Part shown: positions 11,631 through 24,225 of the stretch, one piece after another
Layout of the letters: the number at the start of each line of letters is the position of its first letter
Position numbering within the stretch: position 1 is the stretch's first letter
DNA from: Octopus vulgaris
Lineage: Eukaryota
Direction of reading: 5' to 3'
Assembly: GCA_951406725.2 (NCBI GenBank)
Contig: OX597816.1
Coordinates: 10,416,001 to 10,480,000 of the forward strand
DNA: 64,000 nucleotides
The notes under the pieces: generated by a model
Databases searched by the model: none
Told to the model about the DNA's origin: nothing
What the model saw: only the letters and a program-made list of their open reading frames with translations
Program-made: the position numbers and the translations under genes

Positions 11631-12182
11631 CAATATGTAATAAATTCTTGTAAGGATTTACATAAGTAATTTTTTCCAGCTGATAATCTCAAGATATTGA
11701 GAACAATGATATTGAGTGATGTTCAGTTAGATAAAGAAATAACAGTTTTGCTGTAGCAGAAAAATATAGAGGTGTCAGTTGTGTGTGTGGCAGACTAGGT
11801 GTTCCCATGCCTTGTGAAAGTGTACAGTTAAGTGGTTAGGTTATTTGGATCTTGATCAGGAGCATCACAAATAGCTTTAGTGAAGGTACGAGAAAGCTAT
11901 AGACACGTGTGTACAGACATACACACATGTATATGCAAGTATATAGACAGGGCTGTGATGCTCCTGATTAATATCCAAATATAAATGCTTCATCCAAATG
12001 TAGCATTGTATAACATAAAATATTTTCCCCTTTGTCTGACTAATTTCTAATAAGAAATTCCTTAGGTAAATCTTTGTAATTCCTATTAGTAAATGAAACA
12101 TATGTAATGGAGAATAAATAATACCAAAAAAATTCCATTTTCCTGTTTTGTTACACAATTCCCAATTTTAATATCAGCATGG

Positions 12183-12350
12183 AGGCGTAGGAGTGGCTGT
12201 GTGGTAAGTAGCTTGATTACGAACCACATGGTTTTGGGTTCAGTCCCACTGTGTGGCACCTTGGGCAAGTGACTTTTACTATAGCCTCGGGCTGACCAAA
12301 TCTTTGTGAGTGGATTTGGTAGATGGAAACTGAAAGAAACCCGCCGTATG

Positions 12351-12399
<49 letters not shown>

Positions 12400-12620
12400 G
12401 TGTGTATATGTTTGTGTGTCTGTGTTTGACACCCCAACATCGCTTGACAACCGATGCTGGTGTGTTTCTGTCCCTGTAACTTAGTGGTTTGGCAAAAGAG
12501 ACCGATAGAATAAGTACTAGGCTTACAAAGAATAAGTCCTCGGGTCGATTTGCTCAACTAAAAGCAGTGTTCCAGCATGGCCACAGTCAAATGACTGAAA
12601 CAAGTAAAAGAGTAAAGAGT
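12183..12620 (+). mobile_element. SINE family A, full length
   Basis: ggcgtaggagTGGCTGTGTGG (A box)...GGTTCAGTCCC (B box)...ccttgggcaagtgac (CORE-like)...aaacaagtaaaagagtaaagag. Confidence 0.92.
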
Positions 12621-12624
12621 ATAG

Positions 12625-12901
12625 AAGATATTTGTAAGCCATTCAAGAACACAAAAAAAACTGTTAGTGTCACTTCAACTTTTAATTTTCGTTTGTGTCA
12701 AAATATTTTCATCACTTCCAAACCACAACATGTCCACTGACACTGACAGAACCTGGTGCTGCAGTCAGTGAACAAGACACAGTTTCAAAGTACCGAAAAT
12801 ATTTTGACACAAATGAAAATTCAATGTTGAAGTGAAACTAACAGATTTTTTTTTCCGCACACAATCTCAGATCAAGTCACTTGCTATGCAAGTACATCTC
12901 C
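12625..12901. mobile_element. Fold-back (palindromic) MITE family E
   Basis: ctgttagtgtcacttcaac..tttgtgtcaaaatattttc pairs with gaaaatattttgacacaaa..gttgaagtgaaactaacag. End cacttgctatgcaagtacatctcc is shared with 46700-46938 and 48597-48921. Confidence 0.75.
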
Positions 12902-13150
12902 AATTTTAATATGTAGTTTGATTAACATATAACAGTAACTATGGATACATATTGATTGTAATAATGGAATAAGATGTGTACTTCAAGAGGAAATAAGTAG
13001 GATATACGCTAACTACCTATAAGATACACACAGACACACAAGACATGAATTAACGTAACGCTATAGAGGGTATTTTAATTCATATTTTGTTGTTTTAAAA
13101 GTGACATGATTTGCCTGAAACTGTGTTGAAACTGAAGCCATTTGCATCAT

Positions 13151-13648
13151 TTAACTCCTTTGATACCGAATTCTTCATGACTGCTCCTGGTTCTATGGTA
13201 GAAACTTTCTATTTTAAAACAATCTACATTAAAATTTCTCATTAAAATTTCATGTTAATTCATGTTCCAAAAATCAGCTTTATAATGACAAATTATTTTA
13301 CTATATTTTTTGGTATTTCTAAAATTAATTACAACAAAGATGATGTATTGCACCAGAAATCATCATCATCATCGTCATCATTTAACGTCCGCTTTCCAAG
13401 CTAGCATGGGTTGGACGATTTTGACTGAGGGCTGGCGAACCAGATGGCTGCACCAGGCTCCAATCTTGATCTTGCAGAGTTTCTAAAACTGGATGCCCTT
13501 CCTAACGCCAACCACTCCAAGAGTGTAGTGGGTGCTTTTACGTGCCACCGGCACGGGGCCAGTTAGGCAGTACTGGCAATGACCTCGCTCAAATCTTTTA
13601 CACATGCCACCGGCACAGGTGCAAGTAAGGCGATAACAAAATGGTTGA
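13151..13648 (-). mobile_element. piggyBac-like MITE family 2 (old copy) interrupted by an RTE 3' UTR (-, about 13358-13630)
   Basis: Begins TTAActcctttgatacc and resumes after the insertion as gataacaaaatggtt. The insert starts with (CAT)n ttaacgtccgctttcc. Confidence 0.6.
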
Positions 13649-14227
13649 GAACAGAAATTTTAAAATTCCCATTTTGTTTATTTCTTAAGAGTATTACGAA
13701 CTACCAACTCTTAAAAAGTTTTGGTCTCACTCTTGTGACCTGGTCACAAATACTTCATAACAGGTAAACCTAATAATGTTGTTGCCATTGTTTTAAGGAG
13801 AAACGGAGGCAGAAATGGTAAAGCGCTAGAACCTAAATGTCATATGGTCTTTAAATCTATTCCTATGTTTTCAGATAAAATCCCACAAGGATCAATAAAA
13901 CAACTTCTGGACAAGTATTGGAAATTGATTCATTTGATATTTCTTCTCTCAGAAAGTTGCGGTCAATTTGTAATATATTGTACTTTTATTGATATTTTTC
14001 TGATTTTGATCAGGTTTTTGATTCCCAATTGAAATGGTATTGCTTCATTTGCTTTTGCTTAAAATAACCTTCTGAAAAAAATAAAAATATCCTAGCTTCT
14101 CATTGATTCTTCTTTAACACTTTGGTTACCATATTTCTGCTGAAATAAACTGTTATTTCAATCAATTTTCAAAATAACAGAGAATAGAGTAAAATATCTG
14201 GCATAATTAAGCTGGTGCTTAACCCTT

Positions 14228-14286
<59 letters not shown>

Positions 14287-14694
14287 TTGTGATGATATGC
14301 ATAGGGTTTGTAAGGTCTCTGCATTCTCTGTGAATGTTAATGTGACCACTTGACATTGACCTAGTTCTCCTAACGCCGAGTCTGTTCATCAAATGGTAGT
14401 AATTGGCATTTAGTAGTGACAATGCTGTCTTCTACATAAATTCATTATATGGAGCTCTGAAATCCCCTTTATCCCATTTCTATAATTAGAAAATCTTTAT
14501 TGTCCTTTTCCACTTATTCTTCCCTCTCAGAACCTTACAGCAGTCTGGAACAACTGAATCTTAGTCAGTCAGTTGATGGGCTCCACTACCTCAAATGTTC
14601 TTAAAATTTAAATCCACATCCTTGTCTATATATCTACCTTCTCTATAATGTTGCCACTTGATATGAAAATCTTTGTATTAATGGAAAACCTCTA

Positions 14695-14784
14695 TAATTG
14701 GCTGATGAGTGCTCAGCATTTTAAAACTGTTGTAATACTTACATTTAATAAAATGATGTAGTACGAAACGATCGTAACAAATTA
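14695..14784 (+). ncRNA. Type-I hammerhead ribozyme with long stem II
   Basis: taattgg-CTGATGA-GTGCT..catttta..taaaatg..AGTAC-GAAAC GATC GTA-acaaatta. Palindromic stem III ACGATCGT. Stem I imperfect (G/A mismatch next to the core). Confidence 0.7.
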
Positions 14785-14910
14785 CCAGGGTCATTCTTGT
14801 TGCTTATTTTGATTATAATCACCCCACGGATTTTTATGGATAACACCACAAAGAATTCTGGTGCATCTAAACTAAGTACCATATTCATTTGAATCTAAAT
14901 TTTTGCTAAA

Positions 14911-14955
<45 letters not shown>

Positions 14956-15042
14956 AGAGTTCACGAAAAAAACAAAAGACGAAGATGGGTGGTGTAGAAA
15001 ACAAACAGATGTATTAGTATAATACTCAGGAATAGAAAAAGT

Positions 15043-15078
15043 CTTTTACGTTTTGAGCCTATGCTCTTCTACAGAAAG
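15043..15078 (-). ncRNA. Degenerate or variant minimal hammerhead motif in a TA-inserted repeat (about 14952-15135)
   Basis: Minus strand CTTT-CTGTAGA-A-GAGC atag GCTC-AAAAC GTA-AAAG. Stems I and II pair; the core deviates (CUGUAGA, G12>A). Confidence 0.5.
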
Positions 15079-15131
15079 GGAACACAGAAAGAAACAAGGA
15101 GAGAAAAAAATGTGTGTAGATCCATCATGGC

Positions 15132-15170
<39 letters not shown>

Positions 15171-15209
15171 CACATACAAAGACACACACATATACATATA
15201 TATATTACA

Positions 15210-15650
15210 TACTGTATTTCTCTCAATTACTTTAAATATAACAAAGAATTTATTAAAATAACATAGTTATCCTTAAGCTAGTGTTAGGAACATAAATTGT
15301 GACTAAGGTTTGGTGGAAGATTTTAATTCAAAACTTATGAAAACAAGATACTTGTACTACAAAGCCAGAGGTGGTTTCAGCTGGGTTGGTAACAAAAGGG
15401 TTTAAAATATCATGGTAACTTTAACCCTTTTGTTACCATATTTCTGTTGGGATGTTCAGTGTTTCTTCCAATTAATTTTAAATATAACAAAGAATTTAGT
15501 AAAATAACTTAGTTATTATTCAGCTACTGTTAGGAAAATAAATTGTGACTAAGGTTTGGTGGAAGATTTTAATTCAAGACTTATGAAAACAAGACATTTG
15601 TACAACAGAGCCAGAGCCGGTTTCAGCCAGGTTGGTAACAAAGGGGTTAA
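15210..15650 (+). mobile_element. Two tandem piggyBac-like MITEs (family 2)
   Basis: Second copy TTAAcccttttgttacc ... ggtaacaaaggggTTAA (15421-15650). First copy is 5'-truncated and ends at about 15406. Confidence 0.8.
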
Positions 15651-16095
15651 GGTAGTGAGCTAGCAGAGTCGTTAGGACTTTAAGCAAAATGCTTAGCAGT
15701 ATTTCACTCATTGCTACGTTCTGAGTTCAAATTCTGCTGGGATCGAATTTGCTTTTCATAATTTCCGGGGTCAGTAAAATAAGTACCAGTCAAGTACTGG
15801 GGTCGATGTAATCAACTAGTCCCTGCCCCCAAATGTCAGGCCTCATACCTATAGCAAAAAGGATTATTAAGCTGGTGTCTAAGGGGGCAAGCTGTTAGAA
15901 TCATCAGCACAATAAACAAATTGGTTAGCAGTGTTTCGTTATCTTTACGTTCTGAGTTCAAATCCCACCAAAGATAAGGTCGACTTTGCCTTTCATCATT
16001 TCAGGGTCACTGAAATGAGCATTGGGGTCAATGCAATTGATTAGCCCTCATCCTCCAAAATTTTGAGCCTTGTGTCTATAGCAGAAACGTTTATT
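15650..16095 (+). mobile_element. Two tandem SINE family B copies
   Basis: Head ggt.gtgagctagcaga..cgttag...gagttcaaatt (B box). Central gtcgactttgcctttcatc.tt.ggggtc.ataaaataagtaccag resembles the Meta/MESC SINE domain as I recall it. Confidence 0.8.
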
Positions 16096-16151
16096 AGTCA
16101 GGTGTTTAGAACGTAAATTAACATGAAATTTTGATGAAGACATTCATTTAT

Positions 16152-16349
16152 TCCTTTACTTGTTTCAGGCATTTGAATATTGCCATGCTGGAGCACTGTC
16201 TTTAATCAAACAAATCGACACTAGGACTTATTCTTTGTAAGCCTACTAGTTATTCAATCGGTCTCGTTGGCTGGACAGCTACGTTACGGGGACTTAAACA
16301 CACCAACATCAGTTGTCAAGTGATGGTGGGGCACACAGATACACATATG

Positions 16350-16401
<52 letters not shown>

Positions 16402-17063
16402 GTGTGTATGTGTGTGTATATATATATATATATATATAATGTGTGTGTGTATGTATATATATATATATATATATGTATGTATATATGAAAATCAAATCAA
16501 ATCAAAACAAATCAAAATAGATGAACATCAATGGAATTTGTATCTTTGTGGTACCAGTACCGGTGGCACACAAGAAAACCATCCGAACGTGGCCGTAGCC
16601 AGTGCCGCATCGACTGGCCTCCGTGCTGTGGGCACGTAACAAACACCATCCAATCGTGGCCGTTCGCCAGCCTCATCTGGCACCTGTGTCGGTGGCACAA
16701 AAAAAACACCATCCGAGCGTGGCCGTCTGCCAGCCTCGTCTGGTACCTGTGTCGGTGGCACATAAAAAACACCATCCGAGCATGGCCATCTGCCAGCCTC
16801 ATCTGGCACCTGTGTCGGTGGCACAAAAAAAACACCATCCGAGCGTGGCCGTTCGCCAGCCTCATCTGGCACCTGTGTTGGTTGCACATAAAATCACCCA
16901 CTACACTCTCGGAGTGGTTGGCGTTAGGAAGGGCATCCAGCTGTAGAAACACTGCCAGATCTGACTGGCCTGGTGCAGCCTTCGGGCTCCCCAGACCCCA
17001 GTTGAACCGTCCAACCCATGCTAGCATGGAAAGCGGACGTTAAATGATGATGATGATATGTAC

Positions 17064-17099
<36 letters not shown>

Positions 17100-17305
17100 G
17101 TATGTATGTATATATATGTATATAATTATTCCATATATAAAAATATCAATTCCTATCTATCAAATTCCCCCATATGCCATTCATTGGCCTGGGGCTGTAG
17201 TAGCTGTAGTAGAGGACACTTGCCCAAGATGCCACACAGTGGGATTGAACCTGAAACTAGATAGCTACAAAGTGAGTTTTTTAACTACATACCCACAACT
17301 GTGCC
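16152..17305 (-). mobile_element. SINE family A split by microsatellite expansion and an RTE-UTR insertion
   Basis: Tail half at 16152-16345, head half at 17150-17305. Confidence 0.65.
16488..17057 (+). mobile_element. 5'-truncated RTE 3' UTR with four ~61-63-bp subrepeats and (GAT)n tail
   Basis: Near-identical to 26195-26637. Ends aacccatgctagcatggaaagcggacgttaaatgatgatgat. Confidence 0.85.
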
Positions 17306-17335
17306 TATATACATACCTCTATATATATGTACATT

Positions 17336-17383
<48 letters not shown>

Positions 17384-18046
17384 AAAGTGTGGATGTATAG
17401 TCTACATTAAATTTAGCTGCCTAAACTATAACCCTGCCCCACACACATTAGTTTTCTGCTTCAATGTGTAATTATCAGAGCTATCACATAGATCAAAGAT
17501 CTGCTCTTTGATCAATAGCATTGATCTGCAAATGAATTGGCCAAAGCAAGCAAAATATTTTAGATATTTCAGTATGTAAAATCAACTCTATATAATAACA
17601 ACTGATATAAATGTTGGCTGGCTGGTTGGTTGGTTGGTTGGTTGGTTGGTGGACTTATCCCGTCACATTTTACATGAGAGAGAGAGAGAGAGTGAGGAGA
17701 GGGGTAGAGAGAAAGAAGAATACAAAGAATAGTAACATAAGAGGGGCAGGATGAGGCACATATTAAGGTTTGATGGCAGGCGATAATAATTTGTAAAAAA
17801 TACCCTTTTTTTACCTTGTAAAAATATTTTTTTACCTTGTAAAAATATTTTTTTACCTTATAAAATTTTACAGAGACAGGTTCTCAAAAGAGTAGATTGC
17901 GATGGTGTTCGTAAAATTTAGGAAAATAATAACATATTTATTGCAAATATTCAAATGAGGAAGTAGTTTTATTTAATTCAGTTTTAAGGTAAATACTTTT
18001 CTTGTGAGCTTCAAGGAATTTTTCTTATAAAAGTTAAATTATTGGA

Positions 18047-18870
18047 ACAGGTGTAACTGATTAGTAAGAAGCTTGCTTCCCATCCACGTGGTTCTGGGTT
18101 CAGTCCCACTGTGTGACACCATGGGTAAGTGTCATCTACTATTGCCTTGGGGCAACTAAAGCCTTGAGTGGATTTGGTAGATGGAAACTGAAAGAAGTCT
18201 GTTGCGTGTATCTATGTATGTATGTACATATGTATGTATATATATATACAAGGGTATGTGTGTGTGTATGTATTTGTTTCCCACCACTATATGATGGCAG
18301 TGTTGGTTTATTTACATCCTTAGTTCAGATACTCTTTTTTCTCTTTTATTTGTTTCAGTCATGTGACTGTGGCCATGCTGGAACACTGCCTTTAGTTGAG
18401 CAAATTGACCCCAGGACTTATTCTTTGTAAGCCTACTACTTACTCTATCGGTCTTTTTTGCCGAACTGCTAAGTTACGGGGACGTAAACACACCAGCATC
18501 AGTTGTCAAGCGATGTTGGGGGGTTAGGGAACAAACACAAACACACAAACATATACATGCACATACATATATATAAATACATATGTACAATGGGCTTCTT
18601 TCAGTTTCCATCTACCGAATCCACTCACAAGGCTTTGGTCGGCCCGAGATTATAGTAGAAGACACTTGCCCAAGGTGCCATGCAGTGGGACTGAACCCGG
18701 AACCATGTGGTTCGTAAGCAAGCTACTTACCACACAGCCACTCCTATGCCGATAAAAAGATTGACAGAATAAGTACCAGGCTTAAAATGAAAAACCCCAA
18801 GATCGGTTTTGTTTCACTAAAATCCTTCAAGGCAGTGCCCCAGCATGGTCTCATTCATGTAAAAGCAAAC
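18047..18870 (+). mobile_element. SINE family A (+) with a second SINE A (-, about 18333-18750) inserted in it
   Basis: Outer copy: head 18047-18325, tail resumes 18752-18870. Inner copy is full length in the opposite orientation. Confidence 0.85.
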
Positions 18871-18961
18871 AAGATTCTAATTATTGTATCCATGTAGTCC
18901 CTGACATGATGCATGGTGATCAAATTATACTTCCAAAGTGACACCCTAGTATTTCATATTT

Positions 18962-19335
18962 TGAGTGGCTGTGTGGTAAGTAGCTTGCTTACAAACTACA
19001 TGGTTCTGGGTTCAGTCCCACTGCGTGGCACCTTGGGCAAGTGTCTTCTACTATAGCCTCGGGCCGACCAAAGCCTTGTGAGTGGATTTGGTAGACGGAA
19101 ACTGAAAGAAGCCTGTCGTATATATGTATATATATATGTGTGTACGTGTATGTTTGTGTGTCTGTGTTTGTCCCCCTAGCATTGCTTGACAACCGATGCT
19201 GGTGTGTTTATGTCCCCGCCACTTAGCAATAGAATAAGTACTGGGCTTACAAAGAATAAGTCCCGGGGTTGAGTTGCTCGATTAAAGGCGGTGCTCCAGC
19301 ATGGCCACAGTCAAATGACTGAAGCAAGTAAAAAA
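18962..19335 (+). mobile_element. SINE family A
   Basis: Head, CORE-like domain and tail are all present. Confidence 0.92.
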
Positions 19336-19631
19336 AACCAAAAAAAACATGTTTGTTGCTGTAAAAAATAGCATTAGCATTATAATTACAAATATTTTCA
19401 GGAATCCAAGGGGTGACAACTTTGCAACTAACTTTAAGAGTTTTAGTTTTATAGCATTCTTTTCAGCGAATGTGTAATCAATACTTGTCTATCTAATTCC
19501 AATTTTAGAGTTAGCTATATACAAACACTGTTTTATCTTGATAAAATCTGTTAAGTCTCTGCTTGTAGTTGCATAATACAGTTTGTTTATCAATAATTCC
19601 AAGCTATGATTGGAAAGAAAGGTGTTTACAT

Positions 19632-19663
19632 TCTCACCTGACAAGAGAGCCAAAAAGTTAATG
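19632..19663 (-). promoter_or_regulatory. Candidate splice acceptor immediately followed by a donor (recursive-splice-like)
   Basis: Minus strand CATTAAC tttttggctctcttgt CAG|GTGAGA, in unique sequence. Confidence 0.25.
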
Positions 19664-20064
19664 AAAACAGTTCTGGAGTTTGCAGTGATTGGTTTGCCAA
19701 AAATATTTGGAGTTACAATGCTTCTGTTATTATTTGGCAGCCAGAATAAATAAGTCTGAAGCATATTAACATGTTATAAATGTTATAAACATTAAATACA
19801 ATTTAATATAGAGAAATAATTGATAACCATATGGAAAAAGGGATTCTAATATTGGTTCTTTAAGTAAAGAATTCAGCTATGCTTCTACAGAGCGAAGTAC
19901 AGAAATCCCCCACTTTTTAAACAGTCATTGTTGTGGCATTGGAGAACTTAGCCAGAAGTTAAAGCCATCTGCATGTGGATAATGGTTACCTTCTTTTGTC
20001 AGTGACCATCACCGTTTGGACTGGTGCAAACTGTAGGTTTGTTATTGAAATGTTTATGAAGAAT

Positions 20065-20340
20065 CACCTGGAACAAATCACCTGCATCAGTAGTTAGTTG
20101 CCAAGACATTGCATCCTTTAAAACCTCCATAATTCCTGAAATTCGCCAACACTACACCTGATACCCCACCCCCTCCATACACATGCACACATGTATATCA
20201 TGACTCATATACTGTTCACTTACCTGACTTTTATACATAATTCTATATATTCTGTAATTCTATGCACCTTTGATGAGTTGTAGTGCACCTGAGCACTATA
20301 CACAATAATTTCATTGTTATTATTATTATTATTATTATTT
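20065..20340 (+). mobile_element. CR1/L2-group LINE extreme 3' end (same family as 2602-3083)
   Basis: tggaacaaatcacctgcatcagtagttagttg...attcgccaacactacacctga...gtgcacctgagcact..aataatttcatt(att)n. Confidence 0.85.
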
Positions 20341-20589
20341 AATCATGAACCTGGAAGGTCTTTTTTGTCATACCCTGTATATGCCAAAGAACTGAGCAGA
20401 GGACATTTACTCAAGGTGCCATGCAGTAGGAGTGAACTCAAGAAAATTAGGTTGAGAAAGTAAACTTCTTAGCAGCACACCCATCCATGCCTGCCCCCAC
20501 ATACATCTAGCTACACACCATACCACACACACACAAACACACATGCATATACACACCTATGCACACATAATATATCATGTGTGCGTTTC

Positions 20590-21010
<421 letters not shown>

Positions 21011-21554
21011 AATTTTGTAAATTTGTATCTTTGCATTTAGTCAGTGAGAAATACATTATTGAAAAAAATTAACAATGACAATAATAATAGTAATAACAAC
21101 GACAACAACAACAACTACAACAATAATAATGATAATGATAATAATAATAATATATGTATGAAAATGAATAGATATAAAAATGAAAGAAAATCTAAACTAA
21201 TATTTTCGCCAATTATAAACCATCGAAAATATTTAGCGACAAAGAAAATAGTACTTAAGTAGCTCTAATCATAGATTCACATCTACGTATGAAAGGAAAG
21301 AAGCTCCTAAGATTTATAACTGAATAGACAATTTGTTTTGTATGTAAGTGTATGTCTTTTGTATTTATTTTTCTTTCTCGCGTGACTTTTCTTATTACAA
21401 TAAGGAAACTGAAATAGGAGTTATTTATATAAAGACACTTGCAAAAGAAAACTATTTGAAATTCTGAGTAAAAACAAAAAAAAAACTACAATATAATGCA
21501 AGAAATATAAATATATTTTCCTGTTATATGTGTGTGTTTAACCTATGTTATGGT

Positions 21555-23140
21555 GAAAGAGCATGGCTTAGTGGTAAGAGTATTTGGCTCTTGATCGTAA
21601 GGTTGTGAGTTCAAATCATGGCAGTGTGTTGTGTCCTTAAGCAAGCCATTTTATTTCATCTCCTGCTGGTGGCATGTAAAGACGCACCATTTGAGCATGG
21701 TCAATACCAGTGCCGCCTGACTGGCTCCCATGCCAGTGGCATGTAAAAAGGACCATTTGAGCATGGTTAATACCAGTGCCACCTGACTGGCTCCCATGCC
21801 AGTGGCATGTAAAAAGGACCATTTGAGCATGGTTAATACCAGTTCCACCTGACTGGCTCCCATGCCAGTGGAATGTAAAAAGGACCATTTGAGCATGGTC
21901 AATACCAGTGCCACCTGACTGGCTTCCATGATGGTGGCATGTAAAAAGGACCATTTGAGCATGGTCAATACCAGTGCCGCCTGACTGGCTCCCATGCCAG
22001 TGGCATGTAAAAAGCACCATTTGAGCATGGTCAATACCAGTTCCACCTGACTGGCTCCCATGCCAGTGGAATGTAAAAAGGACCATTTGAGCATGGTCAA
22101 TACCAGTTCCGCCTGACTGGCTCCCATGCCAGTGGAATGTAAAAAGGACCATTTGAGCAAGGTCAATACCAGTGCCGCCTGACTGGCCCCCATGCCAGTG
22201 GAATGTAAAAAGGACCATCTGAGCATGGTCAATACCAGTGCAACCCGACTGGCTTCCATGATGGTGGCATGTAAAAAGGACCATTTGAGCATGGTCAATA
22301 CCAGTTCCACCTGACAGGCCTCCATGATGGTGGCATGTAAAAAGGACCATTTGAGCATGGTCAATACCAGTTCCACCTGACAGGCCTCTATGATGGTGGC
22401 ATGTAAAAAGGACCATTTGAGCATGGTCAATACCAGTGCCGCCTGACTGGTTCCCATGCCAGTGGCATGTAAAAAGGACCATTTGAGCATGGTCAATACC
22501 AGTGCCGCCTGACTGGCTCCCATGCCAGTGGCATGTAAAAAGGACTATTTGAGCATGGTCAATACCAGTGCCACCTGACTGGCTCCCATGCCAGTGGCAT
22601 GTAAAAAGGACCATTTGAGCATGGTCAATACCAGTGCCACCTGACAGGCCTCCATGATGGTGGCATGTAAAAAGGACCATTTGAGATGGTCAATACCAGT
22701 GCCGCCTGACTGGCTCCCATGCCAGTGGCATGTAAAAAGGACCATTTGAGCATGGTCATTACCAGTGCCGCCTGATGGGCTTCCATGCTGGTGGCACATA
22801 AAAAGCACCCATTACTCTCTCAGAGTGGTTGGCGTTAGGAAGGGCATCCAGCTGTAGAAACACTGCCAGATCAAATTGCAGCCTGTTGCTGAGGATGATG
22901 ATGATGATGTCACTCCAGTCTAGTCTGCTGGCAAAAATGAATTGTTCTTGTAATTCGAAGGAGGCCAACCGTGTAACATTGTGTAACATCCTGTGTCATG
23001 GTAAATCTTCTGGATAACTGCATTAAGAGTACACATGTCTGTTGAGTACTCAGCCACTTGCACGTTAATTTCACAGATAGGGTGTTCTGTTAATCAGATC
23101 AACTGGAACCATCATCATCATAATCGATGGAGCGCCAGGT
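21555..23140 (+). mobile_element. SINE family D (tRNA head), split by the VNTR-bearing insertion
   Basis: Head tggcttagtgg..gagttcaaatc..tgtgtccttaagcaag (21555-21662). Body and tail resume at about 22912 (ctcagccacttgcacgttaatttcac..gatcaactggaacc). Other copies at 35683 and 61410. Confidence 0.75.
21663..22808 (+). repeat. 66-bp minisatellite (~17 units) inside an RTE 3' UTR copy
   Basis: Unit catgtaaaaaggaccatttgagcatggtcaataccagtgccgcctgactggctcccatgccagtgg (22-aa periodicity in the ORF track), followed by the RTE-UTR tail to about 22910. Confidence 0.95.
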
Positions 23141-23351
23141 TTTTAAAGTATGTATGACAAATCTGACAGGTAGTTGAATATTGAATACAAAACTTGCTTC
23201 CTAATGAGAACACTCTGATATTGGTTTGTTATGGGAGTTTGGCCATACTGGGGCACTGTTATCATGCATATTAGCCCCAGTAATTGCTTCAATATGGTAT
23301 GCATTTTATAGATCTTAATTTGCCAAATTACTGAGCTGTGAGACGACATAA

Positions 23352-23752
23352 ATCATCATCATCATTATTGTCGTTTAGCGTCTGCTTTCCATGCTAGCAT
23401 GGGTTGGACGGTTCAACTGGGGTCTGTGAAGCCAGAAGGCTGCACCAGGCCCAGTCTGATCTGGCAATGTTTCTACGGCTGGATGCCCTTCCTAACGCCA
23501 ACCACTCCGAGAGTGTAGTAGGTGATTTTTATGTGCCACCGGCACAGGTGCTAGACGAGTCTGGCAAACGGCCACGATCGGATGGTGTTTTTTATGTGCC
23601 ACCGGCATGGCGGCCAGGCGAGGCTGGCAATGGCCATGAACGGATGGTGCTTTTTAAATGCCACCGGCACGGGGGCCAGGCGAGGCTGGCAACAGCTACG
23701 AACGGCTGGTGCTTTTTACGTGCCACCAGCACGAGGCCAGTCGGGGCGGCAC
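23352..23752 (-). mobile_element. RTE 3' UTR fragment with subrepeats
   Basis: Reverse complement of the 26461-26637-type tail plus subrepeats. Confidence 0.85.
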
Positions 23753-23839
23753 TTTTATTTGCTTTTTTAAAGAGAAATGTCAATATAAACACAGATATAG
23801 GGGTAAACATATGCTCATAAGTACGTGTTTGTGTGTAGA

Positions 23840-24205
23840 TGTGTGGTAAGAAGCTTACTTCTCAACCACACGGTTCCGGGTTCAGTCCCACTGCATGGTG
23901 CCTTGGGCAGGTGTCTTCTACTATAGCCTCAGGCTGACCAATGTCTTGTGAGTGGATTTGGTAGACGGAAACTGAAGGAAGCCTGTCGTATATATATATA
24001 TATGTGTGTGTATCTGTGTGTCTGTATTTATCCCCTCCACACCATCACTTGAAAACCGATGCTGGTGTGTTTATGTCCCCATAACTTAGCAGTTTGGCAA
24101 AAGAAACCGATAGAATAAGTACTAGGCTTACACAGGATAAATCCTGGGGTCAAATTGTTCAACTAAAGGCAATGCAACAGCAGTCAAATAACTGAAAGAA
24201 GTAGA
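23840..24205 (+). mobile_element. SINE family A
   Basis: Head and body match family A. Confidence 0.88.
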
Positions 24206-24225
24206 ATATAAACATATATATATAT

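Noticed and set aside
12183-12260. tRNA genes at SINE heads (families A-D and the hammerhead SINE)
   Set aside because: A and B boxes are present, but there is no complete cloverleaf or acceptor stem and each continues into a SINE body.
21637-22680. 347-aa ORF, the longest in the window
   Set aside because: Pure translation of the 66-bp VNTR; several frames are open and there is no domain or splice context.
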